64,000 nt of DNA from Minisyncoccota bacterium (GTDB lineage: Bacteria; Patescibacteriota; Minisyncoccia; UBA6257; UBA9933). Location: assembly GCA_041650415.1 (NCBI GenBank), contig JBAZLC010000002.1:6896-70895 (forward strand), in the 5' to 3' direction. The notes beneath the pieces were generated by a model. The model worked only from the letters and a program-made list of their open reading frames with translations, searched no databases and was not told where the DNA came from. Of this stretch, positions 27,323-36,454 are shown piece after piece. A program made the position numbers and the translations under genes. Each line of letters starts with the position of its first letter. The stretch's first letter is position 1.

Positions 27323-28153
27323 TTAACTATCCAACGCCAAATCCAAGAAAACGTCTTCGTAATCAAACTTACCTGACTTTACCAAAACATCGCAATCAGC
27401 CAGTTTTTTCACTAAATCCCTGGATAAATACCTTGAAGCGGCCATAAAATTGAAGACTTTTGCCGGCTCTTCCTGCCCCAGTAATAATTTTTCCAAATTC
27501 ACGATTTTTTGACTGGGAGATGAATTTCTGGCAATGGAATTTATAAAATCGAAAATATTCGGCGCCTCATAAGAATAATCTCCCATATTTTTAACGTCTG
27601 AAGCGCTGATTTCCGTTTTATTTCCTGCTCGCCACAAAATCAGTTTTTCCAATTCATTCATAAAGCCCCAGGTATCGCCTTTGAAATTTCTGACCAATAA
27701 ATTCAGAGCTGGGTCGGAAATTAAAACTCCCCTATTTTGAATTTCTTTTTGCGCGAAAAATTTCAACTTTTCCGCGTTAAGTTCGTCGAATTTTTCGGTC
27801 AAAAACGCTTTTTTAAGCAAATTTTCAAATTCATCGGGAACCGAATTTTCGGAAATTAAAATCGTCAGATTTTCCGAATTCAAATAATTTTTAAGAAACT
27901 CTTTTATTTTATCCGAATCGGCTTCGGAGATATTTTTTAAAACCGCCAATTTCTTAGTATCGAAAATCGACATTTGGCCGGCAAAATCTTTTAATCTTTC
28001 AAATTCTCCTTCTTCTTCCAAATCAAAATTCTCCAAGGACATGCCTGAATGTTTTTGTTTGTATTCTTCAACTATCTTATTAAGTTTTCTCTGCCTCCGG
28101 TATGAATCGGGGCCGTATAATAAAATAATCATAATTTTTGGCATTTCGGACAA
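27323..28153 (-). CDS. holA: DNA polymerase III delta subunit-like
   Basis: N-terminal IMIILLYGPDSY and overall length/pattern of HolA; weak. Confidence 0.5.
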   Translation of the reverse strand: MSEMPKIMIILLYGPDSYRRQRKLNKIVEEYKQKHSGMSLENFDLEEEGEFERLKDFAGQMSIFDTKKLAVLKNISEADSDKIKEFLKNYLNSENLTILISENSVPDEFENLLKKAFLTEKFDELNAEKLKFFAQKEIQNRGVLISDPALNLLVRNFKGDTWGFMNELEKLILWRAGNKTEISASDVKNMGDYSYEAPNIFDFINSIARNSSPSQKIVNLEKLLLGQEEPAKVFNFMAASRYLSRDLVKKLADCDVLVKSGKFDYEDVFLDLALDS

Positions 28154-29040
28154 AAATGCGCGCTTCTTCCACCCATCTTAACTCTTTTCACTAATCCACC
28201 GCAACGGCTCGGACACTTCTCGCCTTCTTTCCTATAAACCAAAAGTTTTTTCCCGTATTTTCCGGCAACACCCGAGATATCGCGGAAATCGCTGGTTGAA
28301 GTCCCGCGCAAGCTAATCGCTTTTTTTAATATTTTTTTCATCGCGAGATAAATTCTTTTTATCTCCCCATCTTTTAATTTATCCGCCGGCTTGACTGGAT
28401 GAATTTTTGCCGCATAAAGAATTTCATCGGCATAGATATTCCCGATACCGACAATAACTTTTTGGTCCATTAAAACCTGCTTTATCTTGCGCCTTTCCGG
28501 TCTTATTAACTCTAAAAACTTTCCAAAATTGAAACTTTTATCCAATGGTTCGGGTCCAAGCTCGGCCAAATCCGGCAATTTTTCAATATCCTCTTTTTTG
28601 CCGAATAAAACTTTGGCGAATTTCCGCAAATCCGAAAGCGCCAATTGCCAGCCATTATCAAGATAAAAAATCAGGTGGATATAACCATTAACTTTCTCGG
28701 CTAATGGCCCACCGACAATACTTGAAACCCGGAACCTGGAACTTGAAACTTTATGGATTTTCCATTTTCCAATCATCAAATGACCTGTCATTTTTTGATG
28801 AATAAGGAGTAAATATTTTTGTGTTTGTAGTTTATTGTTTGTAGTTAAGTATATAAGTATATTCTTGCCGCGGCGGGAAACTTTTTCTATTTTTAATCCT
28901 TTTATCTGCTTTTCAAAATCCGCCGATTTAAGCTTTTTTATTATTTTAGGAGAATCAAACCAAACGCCGGTAATTTTCCTGCCGACGATTTTTTTATTTA
29001 AGCCGTTTACTACTGTTTGAACCTCGGGAAGTTCAGGCAT
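28129..29040 (-). CDS. fpg: formamidopyrimidine-DNA glycosylase / Nei family
   Basis: MPELPEVQTV N-terminus, H2TH region, C-terminal zinc finger CPKCQ. Confidence 0.85.
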   Translation of the reverse strand: MPELPEVQTVVNGLNKKIVGRKITGVWFDSPKIIKKLKSADFEKQIKGLKIEKVSRRGKNILIYLTTNNKLQTQKYLLLIHQKMTGHLMIGKWKIHKVSSSRFRVSSIVGGPLAEKVNGYIHLIFYLDNGWQLALSDLRKFAKVLFGKKEDIEKLPDLAELGPEPLDKSFNFGKFLELIRPERRKIKQVLMDQKVIVGIGNIYADEILYAAKIHPVKPADKLKDGEIKRIYLAMKKILKKAISLRGTSTSDFRDISGVAGKYGKKLLVYRKEGEKCPSRCGGLVKRVKMGGRSAHFCPKCQKL

Positions 29041-29044
29041 ATTT

Positions 29045-30373
29045 TTATTCTTCGCCGTAAACGATTTCTTTTGAAGGAATAAGTTTGGGGTCCGTAGGTA
29101 AAGTGAAATGAAAAGTTGAGCCGCGGTTTATTTCCGATTCCGCCCAAATTTTTCCGCCGTGGCGGTTTATGATGTTTTTGGCGATATAAAGTCCGAGGCC
29201 CGAACCTTCGGTGGCAAATTTAACCGCGTTATCGGAACGGAAAAATTTAGTAAACAATTTTTTGACGTCTTCTTCTGGAACTCCCACGCCCGTATCTTTA
29301 ACGCTGACCTCCAAATACGGCTCGTCTTTCAATCGTTCGATTTTAACTATTACTTCGCCGTTGGCGACGTTATATTTAACGGCATTATCCAAAAGATTCG
29401 AAAGTACCATTGATATTTTTTGACGATCGATAGATAAAGCGATTGACTGATCTGCCGGCTTTTCAAGATAAATTTTTACGTTAAATTGTTTCGATAAAGG
29501 TTCCATGCCGCGGATAATGTCTTCCACAAAACTTATAAACTCGACGTTTTCGAATTGATATCCGAATTCCCCTTCTTCTATTTTTGAAACGTCGAGCATA
29601 TCGTTGATTGTTTTCATCAACTTCGTCACTGCGCCCAAGGCCGTCTCAATTATCGGTTTTTGCTCTTCGGACATTTTTTGTTTTGAAAGCTCCTCTATCG
29701 CCCAGTGAGTTGCCGTCGCCGGAGTTCTCAATTGATGAGAAGCCGTGGCAATAAATTCGGTCTTTGATTTTAAAAGTTTTATTTCGCGGGTCCTGTCACG
29801 AACGATTTTGACAAACCCCAAAAGCTGGCCGTTTAAATCGCTTATTTTGTCCGTCGCGACCCGCAAACTCAAATCGGATTCGTTAAACGAAATATCTATT
29901 ATTTGCGGATATTCTCCGGGTTCCGAACGCCTGACAACCAATGGAGCCAATGACGGGAAAATCGCCTGGCTTAATAACTTGAATTTCGGTTCACGGGCGG
30001 TCTCAGGAGCAAAATATTTATACAACACTTCATTCGCCTTAAGACCGAAAATTTCTTCCGCCGCTCTGTTAAAAATAAGAATTTTAAAATTGGGATCGTA
30101 AGCGATAACGCCGTCTTTTAAATTCGCGATAATGCTTCGTAATTCATTCCTTTCAATTTTCACTTCCAAATTGGAGCGTGCCAGCCTTAAATTATTTACC
30201 AATATTACCGCCCCCAAAACCAATAAAATCGCCAGTACCGCAAAAACCAGAAGTTGAGGCAAATAAATAAAATCAATTACAAAAAGAGCCACAAGAAACG
30301 GCAAGAAAAACCAAAATAGCCGCATTTCCGGCAATTTTGAATAAAGAGCTATTTTTTGGAAAAAACGCTTCAT
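29045..30373 (-). CDS. sensor histidine kinase (TM plus PAS plus HisKA plus HATPase)
   Basis: H-box ATASHQLRTPAT; G-box GSGLGLYIAKNIINRHGG; two N-terminal TM helices; no adjacent response regulator. Confidence 0.85.
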   Translation of the reverse strand: MKRFFQKIALYSKLPEMRLFWFFLPFLVALFVIDFIYLPQLLVFAVLAILLVLGAVILVNNLRLARSNLEVKIERNELRSIIANLKDGVIAYDPNFKILIFNRAAEEIFGLKANEVLYKYFAPETAREPKFKLLSQAIFPSLAPLVVRRSEPGEYPQIIDISFNESDLSLRVATDKISDLNGQLLGFVKIVRDRTREIKLLKSKTEFIATASHQLRTPATATHWAIEELSKQKMSEEQKPIIETALGAVTKLMKTINDMLDVSKIEEGEFGYQFENVEFISFVEDIIRGMEPLSKQFNVKIYLEKPADQSIALSIDRQKISMVLSNLLDNAVKYNVANGEVIVKIERLKDEPYLEVSVKDTGVGVPEEDVKKLFTKFFRSDNAVKFATEGSGLGLYIAKNIINRHGGKIWAESEINRGSTFHFTLPTDPKLIPSKEIVYGEE

Positions 30374-31572
30374 TGTAATTCCAGAACGTACAACTTATTG
30401 TCGTATCTATTCATGAAAAATAATTTCCCGTCGGTAAATTTAAGATTAACCGCGTCTATTGCCGCAGCGCTGCCATCCAAAATTCTCTCAAAAGCATTTT
30501 GCATTATGTCTATTTGATAAATCGAATCAATGAAGTAAACCGCTTTTTTAAAATAGTCGTCGGGCAAAGCCGATTTATCGGGAATACTCTGAGGAATAGC
30601 GCAATAAATTTTCGGATCGGAAACAAAACATTTTTCCGGCAAAGTGGTAAATTCTAAACTTGCCTTAACTTCTCCTTGCTCACCTATTAAATTCAAAATT
30701 CTGTTTCTTCCTTCAAGAGTAGTTGAAAATTGCAAACCCATTTTACCGTCAGAAGACCAATTTACCGCCAATCCTTCTTTTTCCCCCGTGAGCAGACTTA
30801 AAGTCTTTTTGGCGACGTCAACCGCCCAAATTGAAGCTGAATAAAAAGCCGACGCCTTAGGGACTAATGTTATTTTATTTTGAGAAACCCAATTTAAATC
30901 AAAATCTTGTTGATAAATTGAAAGTAAGGTCGCCGGTTTTTGTTTTAAATCAACCAAACTTTTTGTTATTAAATCGCTCTTATTTAAATCTTTGGCATTT
31001 GCCAGAAAATAAGCGATTTTTTTGCCGTCCGGAGAAAAATCGGCAGCAGTTATTTTATCGGGTAAAGATTCAAAAATATTATTTTCGGAATTATAAACGG
31101 CGAATTTAAACGTGCCGGAATCATTGCTTTTAATAATCACTCTTTTGCCGTCGAACGACGACTTTAATGATTGAAAATTATCTATCGGAGCCGAAGTAAG
31201 CGCTTCATCCGCGCCATCGGCTTTTACTTTATAAATTAATCCATCGCTGCCAATATAAAATACGCCGCTCCCCTGAACCATTTGAGTTGAAGACGCGGTC
31301 TGCGTTGAAGTTGAAATTGCGGAATTAAAAACCCAATAACCGTAAATTGTCTTATCGCTTATAATACTCAATTTTGAAGCGGCAGGCACGCCCGAAACCG
31401 AACTCGCGGAACCATTTACCGAAACTGATTGGCCGTTAACCGGATTTTCCGAAGAAATATTCGCGGGCGGATTCAAAATGGCGCCTGTTTTTTGCCAAGC
31501 GAAATAAATTCCCACCCCTAGAGCAATAACGGACAAAACCACCGCTATAATAATTATTGTTTTCTTACTCAT
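30370..31572 (-). CDS. membrane-anchored beta-propeller-like protein (TolB/WD40-like), hypothetical
   Basis: N-terminal TM; repeated SPDGKKIAYF/SSDGKM-like blades; 4-nt overlap with the HK gene. Confidence 0.4.
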   Translation of the reverse strand: MSKKTIIIIAVVLSVIALGVGIYFAWQKTGAILNPPANISSENPVNGQSVSVNGSASSVSGVPAASKLSIISDKTIYGYWVFNSAISTSTQTASSTQMVQGSGVFYIGSDGLIYKVKADGADEALTSAPIDNFQSLKSSFDGKRVIIKSNDSGTFKFAVYNSENNIFESLPDKITAADFSPDGKKIAYFLANAKDLNKSDLITKSLVDLKQKPATLLSIYQQDFDLNWVSQNKITLVPKASAFYSASIWAVDVAKKTLSLLTGEKEGLAVNWSSDGKMGLQFSTTLEGRNRILNLIGEQGEVKASLEFTTLPEKCFVSDPKIYCAIPQSIPDKSALPDDYFKKAVYFIDSIYQIDIMQNAFERILDGSAAAIDAVNLKFTDGKLFFMNRYDNKLYVLELQ

Positions 31573-31576
31573 AAAA

Positions 31577-32425
31577 TTATGATTTTACTAAAATATCCCA
31601 GTGATCGCTTTCCAGAGCATAAACCGCGCCGGAAGGCGAAACGTATTGCGCCGCTCCATCACTGGTTCTATCCGCTATTTTTGAAAAATTTTTCGTTATG
31701 TAATTATTAAGATTGGCGTTTAATCTCAAATCAACTTTATAGCCGTTACAATGGCTGTAAATTCCCCCCGCGTGAACGGTACCGCATCCTTCAGTACCGG
31801 CCGTAACAAAAACATTGCCGCTTCCAACATTTGGAGCCAAAGACAAAACTTCATTTATTGTTGTTTGTTGGACACCGTTTAAATCAACGCAATTTTGCGC
31901 CGTACCTGCCGGACAAATTGATTTGACGCCTATCCCGGATGAAGCGAGTTCTTGCCTGGATTCTTCTTCTGATAATCCTCCGGCTGCGTAAGCCGAAGAA
32001 GTTAAATTAACCGACGTTGGAACTAATAATTTATTGGGATTTTGAAGTTTTATTAAATCCGGATTAATGGTATTAAGAATAAGATAAGCTCCTAAAAGCA
32101 AAATTACTCCCCAAATTGCCGCCCAAATCCATTCCATGGCATCTTGCTTTGTCGAAATCGCACCCGAAACCGTCCATAAAACCGCGCCGTAAACCAAAAC
32201 TCCCAAGGCTGCTCCACCAACCACGCCCAAAGCGATTCTATAGAATCGCGAAACGAAATCCGCGGGGCTGGTTGCTCCAGCCCAAGGATATTTATATTGC
32301 AAATCTATTTGTGAAGGCGTAAGCACTTTAAGAGAGGAAGACTCCTGGGCGAAAGAATAAATTGGCGCGGAAAAAACAATCAAAACCGCGAATATTAAAA
32401 TAGAAATATTTAAAGTTTTTTTCAT
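31577..32425 (-). CDS. VirB2/TrbC-like double-TM module fused to a peptidase-M15 (VanY/LAS)-like cell-wall hydrolase domain
   Basis: Signal peptide, then two hydrophobic helices (ALGVVGGAALGVLVYGAVLWTVSG ... WAAIWGVILLLGAYLIL) in a T-pilin-like arrangement. C-terminal SHCNGYKVDLR (SxHxxGxAxD-like) and ESDHW (ExxH) are LAS-family metallopeptidase motifs. Confidence 0.45.
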   Translation of the reverse strand: MKKTLNISILIFAVLIVFSAPIYSFAQESSSLKVLTPSQIDLQYKYPWAGATSPADFVSRFYRIALGVVGGAALGVLVYGAVLWTVSGAISTKQDAMEWIWAAIWGVILLLGAYLILNTINPDLIKLQNPNKLLVPTSVNLTSSAYAAGGLSEEESRQELASSGIGVKSICPAGTAQNCVDLNGVQQTTINEVLSLAPNVGSGNVFVTAGTEGCGTVHAGGIYSHCNGYKVDLRLNANLNNYITKNFSKIADRTSDGAAQYVSPSGAVYALESDHWDILVKS

Positions 32426-32430
32426 TTTAT

Positions 32431-33141
32431 TTATTTTATCGTTAAATTAATTACTTGACTCGCCGACTCAAGTGTTTTTGTAATATTATTCATAATAACC
32501 GACAAATCTATATTCGAGCCAACCGGCATTTGAGGATCGATCTTCAAATTAAGGGTAAAGGGATCACCTTTTTGCGATTCCGGCTCCTGGCCTAAAACCG
32601 ACCACTGAACGGAAAAATTTCCACCATTATTACTATTAAAGAAAAACGGATATGTTTTAAAAATTGATTCTCCGGTTTGAATTTTTCCATCCGCATAAGG
32701 AGCATCTATCACGGCTTCCGGCCGGACAAGCGGAATAGCAATCATTTTATCTATTATCCCCTGCCCCAAGAAATCTACTATGGCGACCCTGACGCTTGTC
32801 GTTTGATCAAAATAATTCGGAGTGATAAAACTTATTTTTTTTATTCCCAAACCGTTATTTTCGTTTTTTACCAATTCATCGTCGACATACCAGCGAACTT
32901 TGGCCGTTGAAAGATCGACTAATTTGCCACTGGCCATCAATTCGAAACTGACGTTTATTGGAGTCGCCGCAGTCGGAAAAATTTTACCTTCGTACCAATT
33001 TGGAACGTAATTCTGCGCTTTCCAAGAAATTAAAAACTGCGGAGAAGTTTGAGCTTGGGCGAAATTAAAACATAGAACAAAAAACATAAAACATAAGACT
33101 ACCGTGACGGAAATTTTAAATTTTAAATTTAAATTTTTCAT
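32431..33141 (-). CDS. secreted hypothetical protein (signal peptide, beta-rich)
   Basis: Cleavable signal MKNLNLKFKISVTVVLCFMFFVLCFNFAQA. Confidence 0.35.
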   Translation of the reverse strand: MKNLNLKFKISVTVVLCFMFFVLCFNFAQAQTSPQFLISWKAQNYVPNWYEGKIFPTAATPINVSFELMASGKLVDLSTAKVRWYVDDELVKNENNGLGIKKISFITPNYFDQTTSVRVAIVDFLGQGIIDKMIAIPLVRPEAVIDAPYADGKIQTGESIFKTYPFFFNSNNGGNFSVQWSVLGQEPESQKGDPFTLNLKIDPQMPVGSNIDLSVIMNNITKTLESASQVINLTIK

Positions 33142-33145
33142 GTAT

Positions 33146-33535
33146 TTATTCCGCTGCAGCCGCGGTTTTTAAAGGTATTTTTCCCGTTGCCATAGAAGCC
33201 ACTTTGCCAATTTCAGGATGATTAATCATGTATATTGCTATTAACACGCCCGCTGTCTTAATCGGCAAAAAGCTTAAAAGTGGAATTACATCCAATATAT
33301 TTCCGGCAATAATTGAAATTTGTTTTCTAAAACCCATTCCCCCTTTCATTATAAGCCAAAATTCCGTAATGGCAAAAACCGAAAAACTTATAATTGGAGC
33401 CATTAGAAACATGACCACGCCAATAGCCGGAATTAGAGCCAAAAAATTAAATACAATATCAACAATATCGGCGAATAAATTCAGTAAAACCATTAAAAGC
33501 GCTTCCACTAATGAAATTTTCTTTTGATTATTCAT
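33146..33535 (-). CDS. small polytopic membrane protein, hypothetical
   Basis: 129 aa, 3-4 TM helices; overlaps the virB4 stop by 8 nt. Confidence 0.35.
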   Translation of the reverse strand: MNNQKKISLVEALLMVLLNLFADIVDIVFNFLALIPAIGVVMFLMAPIISFSVFAITEFWLIMKGGMGFRKQISIIAGNILDVIPLLSFLPIKTAGVLIAIYMINHPEIGKVASMATGKIPLKTAAAAE

Positions 33536-35288
33536 TTTCTTCTTTTAATAATTCCTCGGGATTTGTCGTAATTACTTTGTTTTCAAAATAAGAAGCGATT
33601 ATTTGAATCGCCACGTGTTTTAAACCGGCGAAAAACAATCCTTCGCCGACATTGGCTTCAAGTAATAATTGTTTTTCCGATTGGGAAAGATTGAAAGTCT
33701 TGGCAATAGTGTCTATGCCGACGGGCGCCTGCTTGAGTAAAAGCTGAAGTGCCGAATTGGAAATAATTGGCCGGCCCTGGGGCGATTCCAAAAAGTCTTC
33801 CACGTTCTGGGTAATCGTGGTAAGACCGAGATAATATTTCCGGCAACGCTTCGCCATAAAAGAAAGGAAGTTTGCGCTATCGGGATATTTCATCAGCCAC
33901 CATGCCTCGTCTATAAGCATTATTCTCTTCTTTAAGTCGGCTCTGATAAGATTCCAGATAAAATTCAAAACAATATACATCGCGATAGGCCGAAGCCCCT
34001 CTTCCAAATCGCGGACCGAGAAAACGATTAAACGGTTTTTTATGTCGACGTTAGTCGGCTTATTCGTAAAACCCGCGTAACTTCCTTTGGTAAATCTTTC
34101 AAGGCGTTTCGCTAAAGTTCTTCCTCCTTCTGTGCTTTCCAAAACAATTTGAAAATCTTCAAGTAGAGGCGCTTCAAGTTCCATAAAATTCGGCTGGTCG
34201 GGAGTAATATTACGCGATTCGTAAGTGGCGATTATGGCGCTGTCTAAAAGTGCTTCTTCTTCCGGGGTAACGGCGCCAAGCATTAATTTAATTAAACCGG
34301 CAAGATTAAGAATATGCGATTTAAAAATATCTGCCGGATCTTCGCCCGGAGGAACTATGGGAATGTCAAACGGATTTATCTGGCTTTCCGACGTCAGAGA
34401 AATTTTGAAAAAGCTTCCCCCAACCGACTCCGCCAATTTTTGGTATTCGTTTTCCGGATCTATTATTAGAACGTCTATCCCCATCATTAAATAACGCAAA
34501 ACTTCAAGCTTGCAAGCGTAAGATTTTCCGGAACCGGACTTGGCAAAAACCACCGAATTAGCGTTTTCCAAAGAAAATCTGTCGAAAATAACCAAAGTAT
34601 TATTGTGGCGGTTCAAACCATAAAGAATTCCATCATCGGAAGTAAGATCCACGGAAACAAACGGAAACATCGAAGAAGCGGGCCCGGAATTCATTGGAGA
34701 ATGTATTAAAAGCTTATCGGTGTTTAAAGGCAAAGTAGAAGCAAAACCGTCAGTCTGTTGAAACATCGCCGGCTTGATATAGACAAGCTGCGATTCAAAT
34801 AAAGAGTTTATTTTTTCTTCAAGTTTGTTTAGGGCGTCCAAATTATCCGCGTAAAAAGTGGCATAAACTCCAACGTTAAATAATTTCTCCCGCGCCTGCT
34901 GAAGCTGGTCTCTTAATCCTTCGATGTCCTGATAAGCCGTTTCAATAACCGGATCCCGGACCAAGCCTTTTTCCTGGCGCTCCATTAATTGAGCTTCAAC
35001 TTGAGCGGTTTTCTTGCGTAAGTTTCTCAAAGCGATGGCAGTATCAACCGGATGAACGAAAATAGAAATATCTATAAGCTCGGGTAAATTAATAATCGAA
35101 TTAAACCAGCCACTTGAAAGATAGCGCGGATAATTGAAAATAAAAACCGTTTTGACATATTTATCTCCCAATTTCAAATAGCCCGGCTCCACTTGCATGC
35201 CCGCCGGAGCAATAACATTTTGAATTTCACTTTCTCCTTTATTGTTTTGTAAATCTCTGGGAATCATGTTTATTTTATTTTTTTTCAA
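33528..35288 (-). CDS. virB4: VirB4/TrbE/TraE-family conjugative ATPase, C-terminal (ATPase) portion
   Basis: Walker A VFAKSGSGKSYACK; Walker B MLIDEAWWLM (the DEAW motif diagnostic of VirB4/CagE); C-terminal pattern. Track start at 35288 is TTG; an in-frame ATG lies at 35266-35268. Confidence 0.7.
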   Translation of the reverse strand: MKKNKINMIPRDLQNNKGESEIQNVIAPAGMQVEPGYLKLGDKYVKTVFIFNYPRYLSSGWFNSIINLPELIDISIFVHPVDTAIALRNLRKKTAQVEAQLMERQEKGLVRDPVIETAYQDIEGLRDQLQQAREKLFNVGVYATFYADNLDALNKLEEKINSLFESQLVYIKPAMFQQTDGFASTLPLNTDKLLIHSPMNSGPASSMFPFVSVDLTSDDGILYGLNRHNNTLVIFDRFSLENANSVVFAKSGSGKSYACKLEVLRYLMMGIDVLIIDPENEYQKLAESVGGSFFKISLTSESQINPFDIPIVPPGEDPADIFKSHILNLAGLIKLMLGAVTPEEEALLDSAIIATYESRNITPDQPNFMELEAPLLEDFQIVLESTEGGRTLAKRLERFTKGSYAGFTNKPTNVDIKNRLIVFSVRDLEEGLRPIAMYIVLNFIWNLIRADLKKRIMLIDEAWWLMKYPDSANFLSFMAKRCRKYYLGLTTITQNVEDFLESPQGRPIISNSALQLLLKQAPVGIDTIAKTFNLSQSEKQLLLEANVGEGLFFAGLKHVAIQIIASYFENKVITTNPEELLKEENE

Positions 35289-35898
35289 CCGTTGATGGAT
35301 TATATAAATTGTAAAATAATTCCGTAAGCTCTTCTTCTGTCAACGCCACCGCTCTTAAGCCTATCTGAGTCAAACCGCTGATTACCTGGTCCGTTCTCTG
35401 ATTTAATTGCGTCATTTTTTGCTCAAAACTTTCTTCTATGCCCGCTTTCTTGTTCTTGCCGCCAAAACCAAAAACATCCAATAGTTTTTTCCCTCCGCCG
35501 GGAATTATTATCGGATCATAAGGCACAACGGCGAAAAAATTTTTTGCCATAACGGCGTTTGATTCTATAAAAGAACGGATAAATTCCGAATATTCCGATA
35601 TTTGATTTTTAAGAAGTTCATTTTGTTCCGCGGAATGCCGCTCTCCGAGTTTATTTAAATAACTTTCTATATTCATTTTGCGCGAGCGGATTACCACCTG
35701 AATCGAAAAATCCAGAGTATTTAAAAAATTCTGATAAGCGTAAATTATGATATTCTGCTCTTCTTCCGATTTAAGTTCGAAATTTATTCCCGAAACCATA
35801 AGCACGCGCCGCAACGAACCGTTCTTTAAAACCACCGCGTCGCCGCGAATATCCTTAATATCGACAAATTGTTGCGTCGGTTGAGCTTCTTTCGCCAT
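35275..35898 (-). CDS. virB4: VirB4 N-terminal domain ORF (split from the ATPase portion)
   Basis: DIKDIRGDAVVLKNGSLRRVLMVSGINFELKSEEEQNIIIYAYQNFLNTLDFSIQV matches the N-terminal domain pattern of Gram-positive-type VirB4. Stops inside an A8 run; 207 + 586 aa equals the length of an intact VirB4. Confidence 0.55.
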   Translation of the reverse strand: MAKEAQPTQQFVDIKDIRGDAVVLKNGSLRRVLMVSGINFELKSEEEQNIIIYAYQNFLNTLDFSIQVVIRSRKMNIESYLNKLGERHSAEQNELLKNQISEYSEFIRSFIESNAVMAKNFFAVVPYDPIIIPGGGKKLLDVFGFGGKNKKAGIEESFEQKMTQLNQRTDQVISGLTQIGLRAVALTEEELTELFYNLYNPSTVEKK

Positions 35899-35938
35899 AT
35901 GATTAATTATATCTTTTTTAACCCTTGATTACTAATAT

Positions 35939-36445
35939 TTATTTGTAATCAACGCGTCTTGCCGCTTCTTTTTCTCCGGTTAATTTTCTGAAAACCTGAA
36001 TTTTTTCTTTTGTTCCGCCATTTAAGGAAGTTTGCGGGCTTTTTTCTCTTTTTGGAATCGGATTTTTAGTAGTCATTAAATCCTGCCATAATCTTTTAAT
36101 TGAAGGCGCTCCGGCAAGAAAATCTTTCAAAGTTTCTCTTTTTTCCATTGTTAAAGATTGGCTTTCCGTTGTTTTTTGCCAAAGGTAAAATTTCGGTCCC
36201 CAAAAAAAACCAAAAGCATAAAGCAATATTTTTGGCAACGGCTGACCGTTGTATTTAACAAATGCCAAAGAAACGGAAACCGCCGTTAAAATCGCCGTTA
36301 CCATAATCCAAAGCCAGAGCGCCAAAACAAAATAAAGTGCGAAGCTCATGCCCGCGGCAACGGCCAAATAAAGAAATTGCTTCAATGTTAACGGCCCAAC
36401 TATTTTATTTTCAATTTCTATAAATTGAGGAATTTGAAACTGCAT
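35939..36445 (-). CDS. VirB3/PrgI-like small two-TM membrane protein (candidate)
   Basis: 168 aa, two adjacent TM helices, located immediately upstream of virB4 as VirB3-like genes usually are. Confidence 0.35.
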   Translation of the reverse strand: MQFQIPQFIEIENKIVGPLTLKQFLYLAVAAGMSFALYFVLALWLWIMVTAILTAVSVSLAFVKYNGQPLPKILLYAFGFFWGPKFYLWQKTTESQSLTMEKRETLKDFLAGAPSIKRLWQDLMTTKNPIPKREKSPQTSLNGGTKEKIQVFRKLTGEKEAARRVDYK

Positions 36446-36454
36446 GTTTATATT

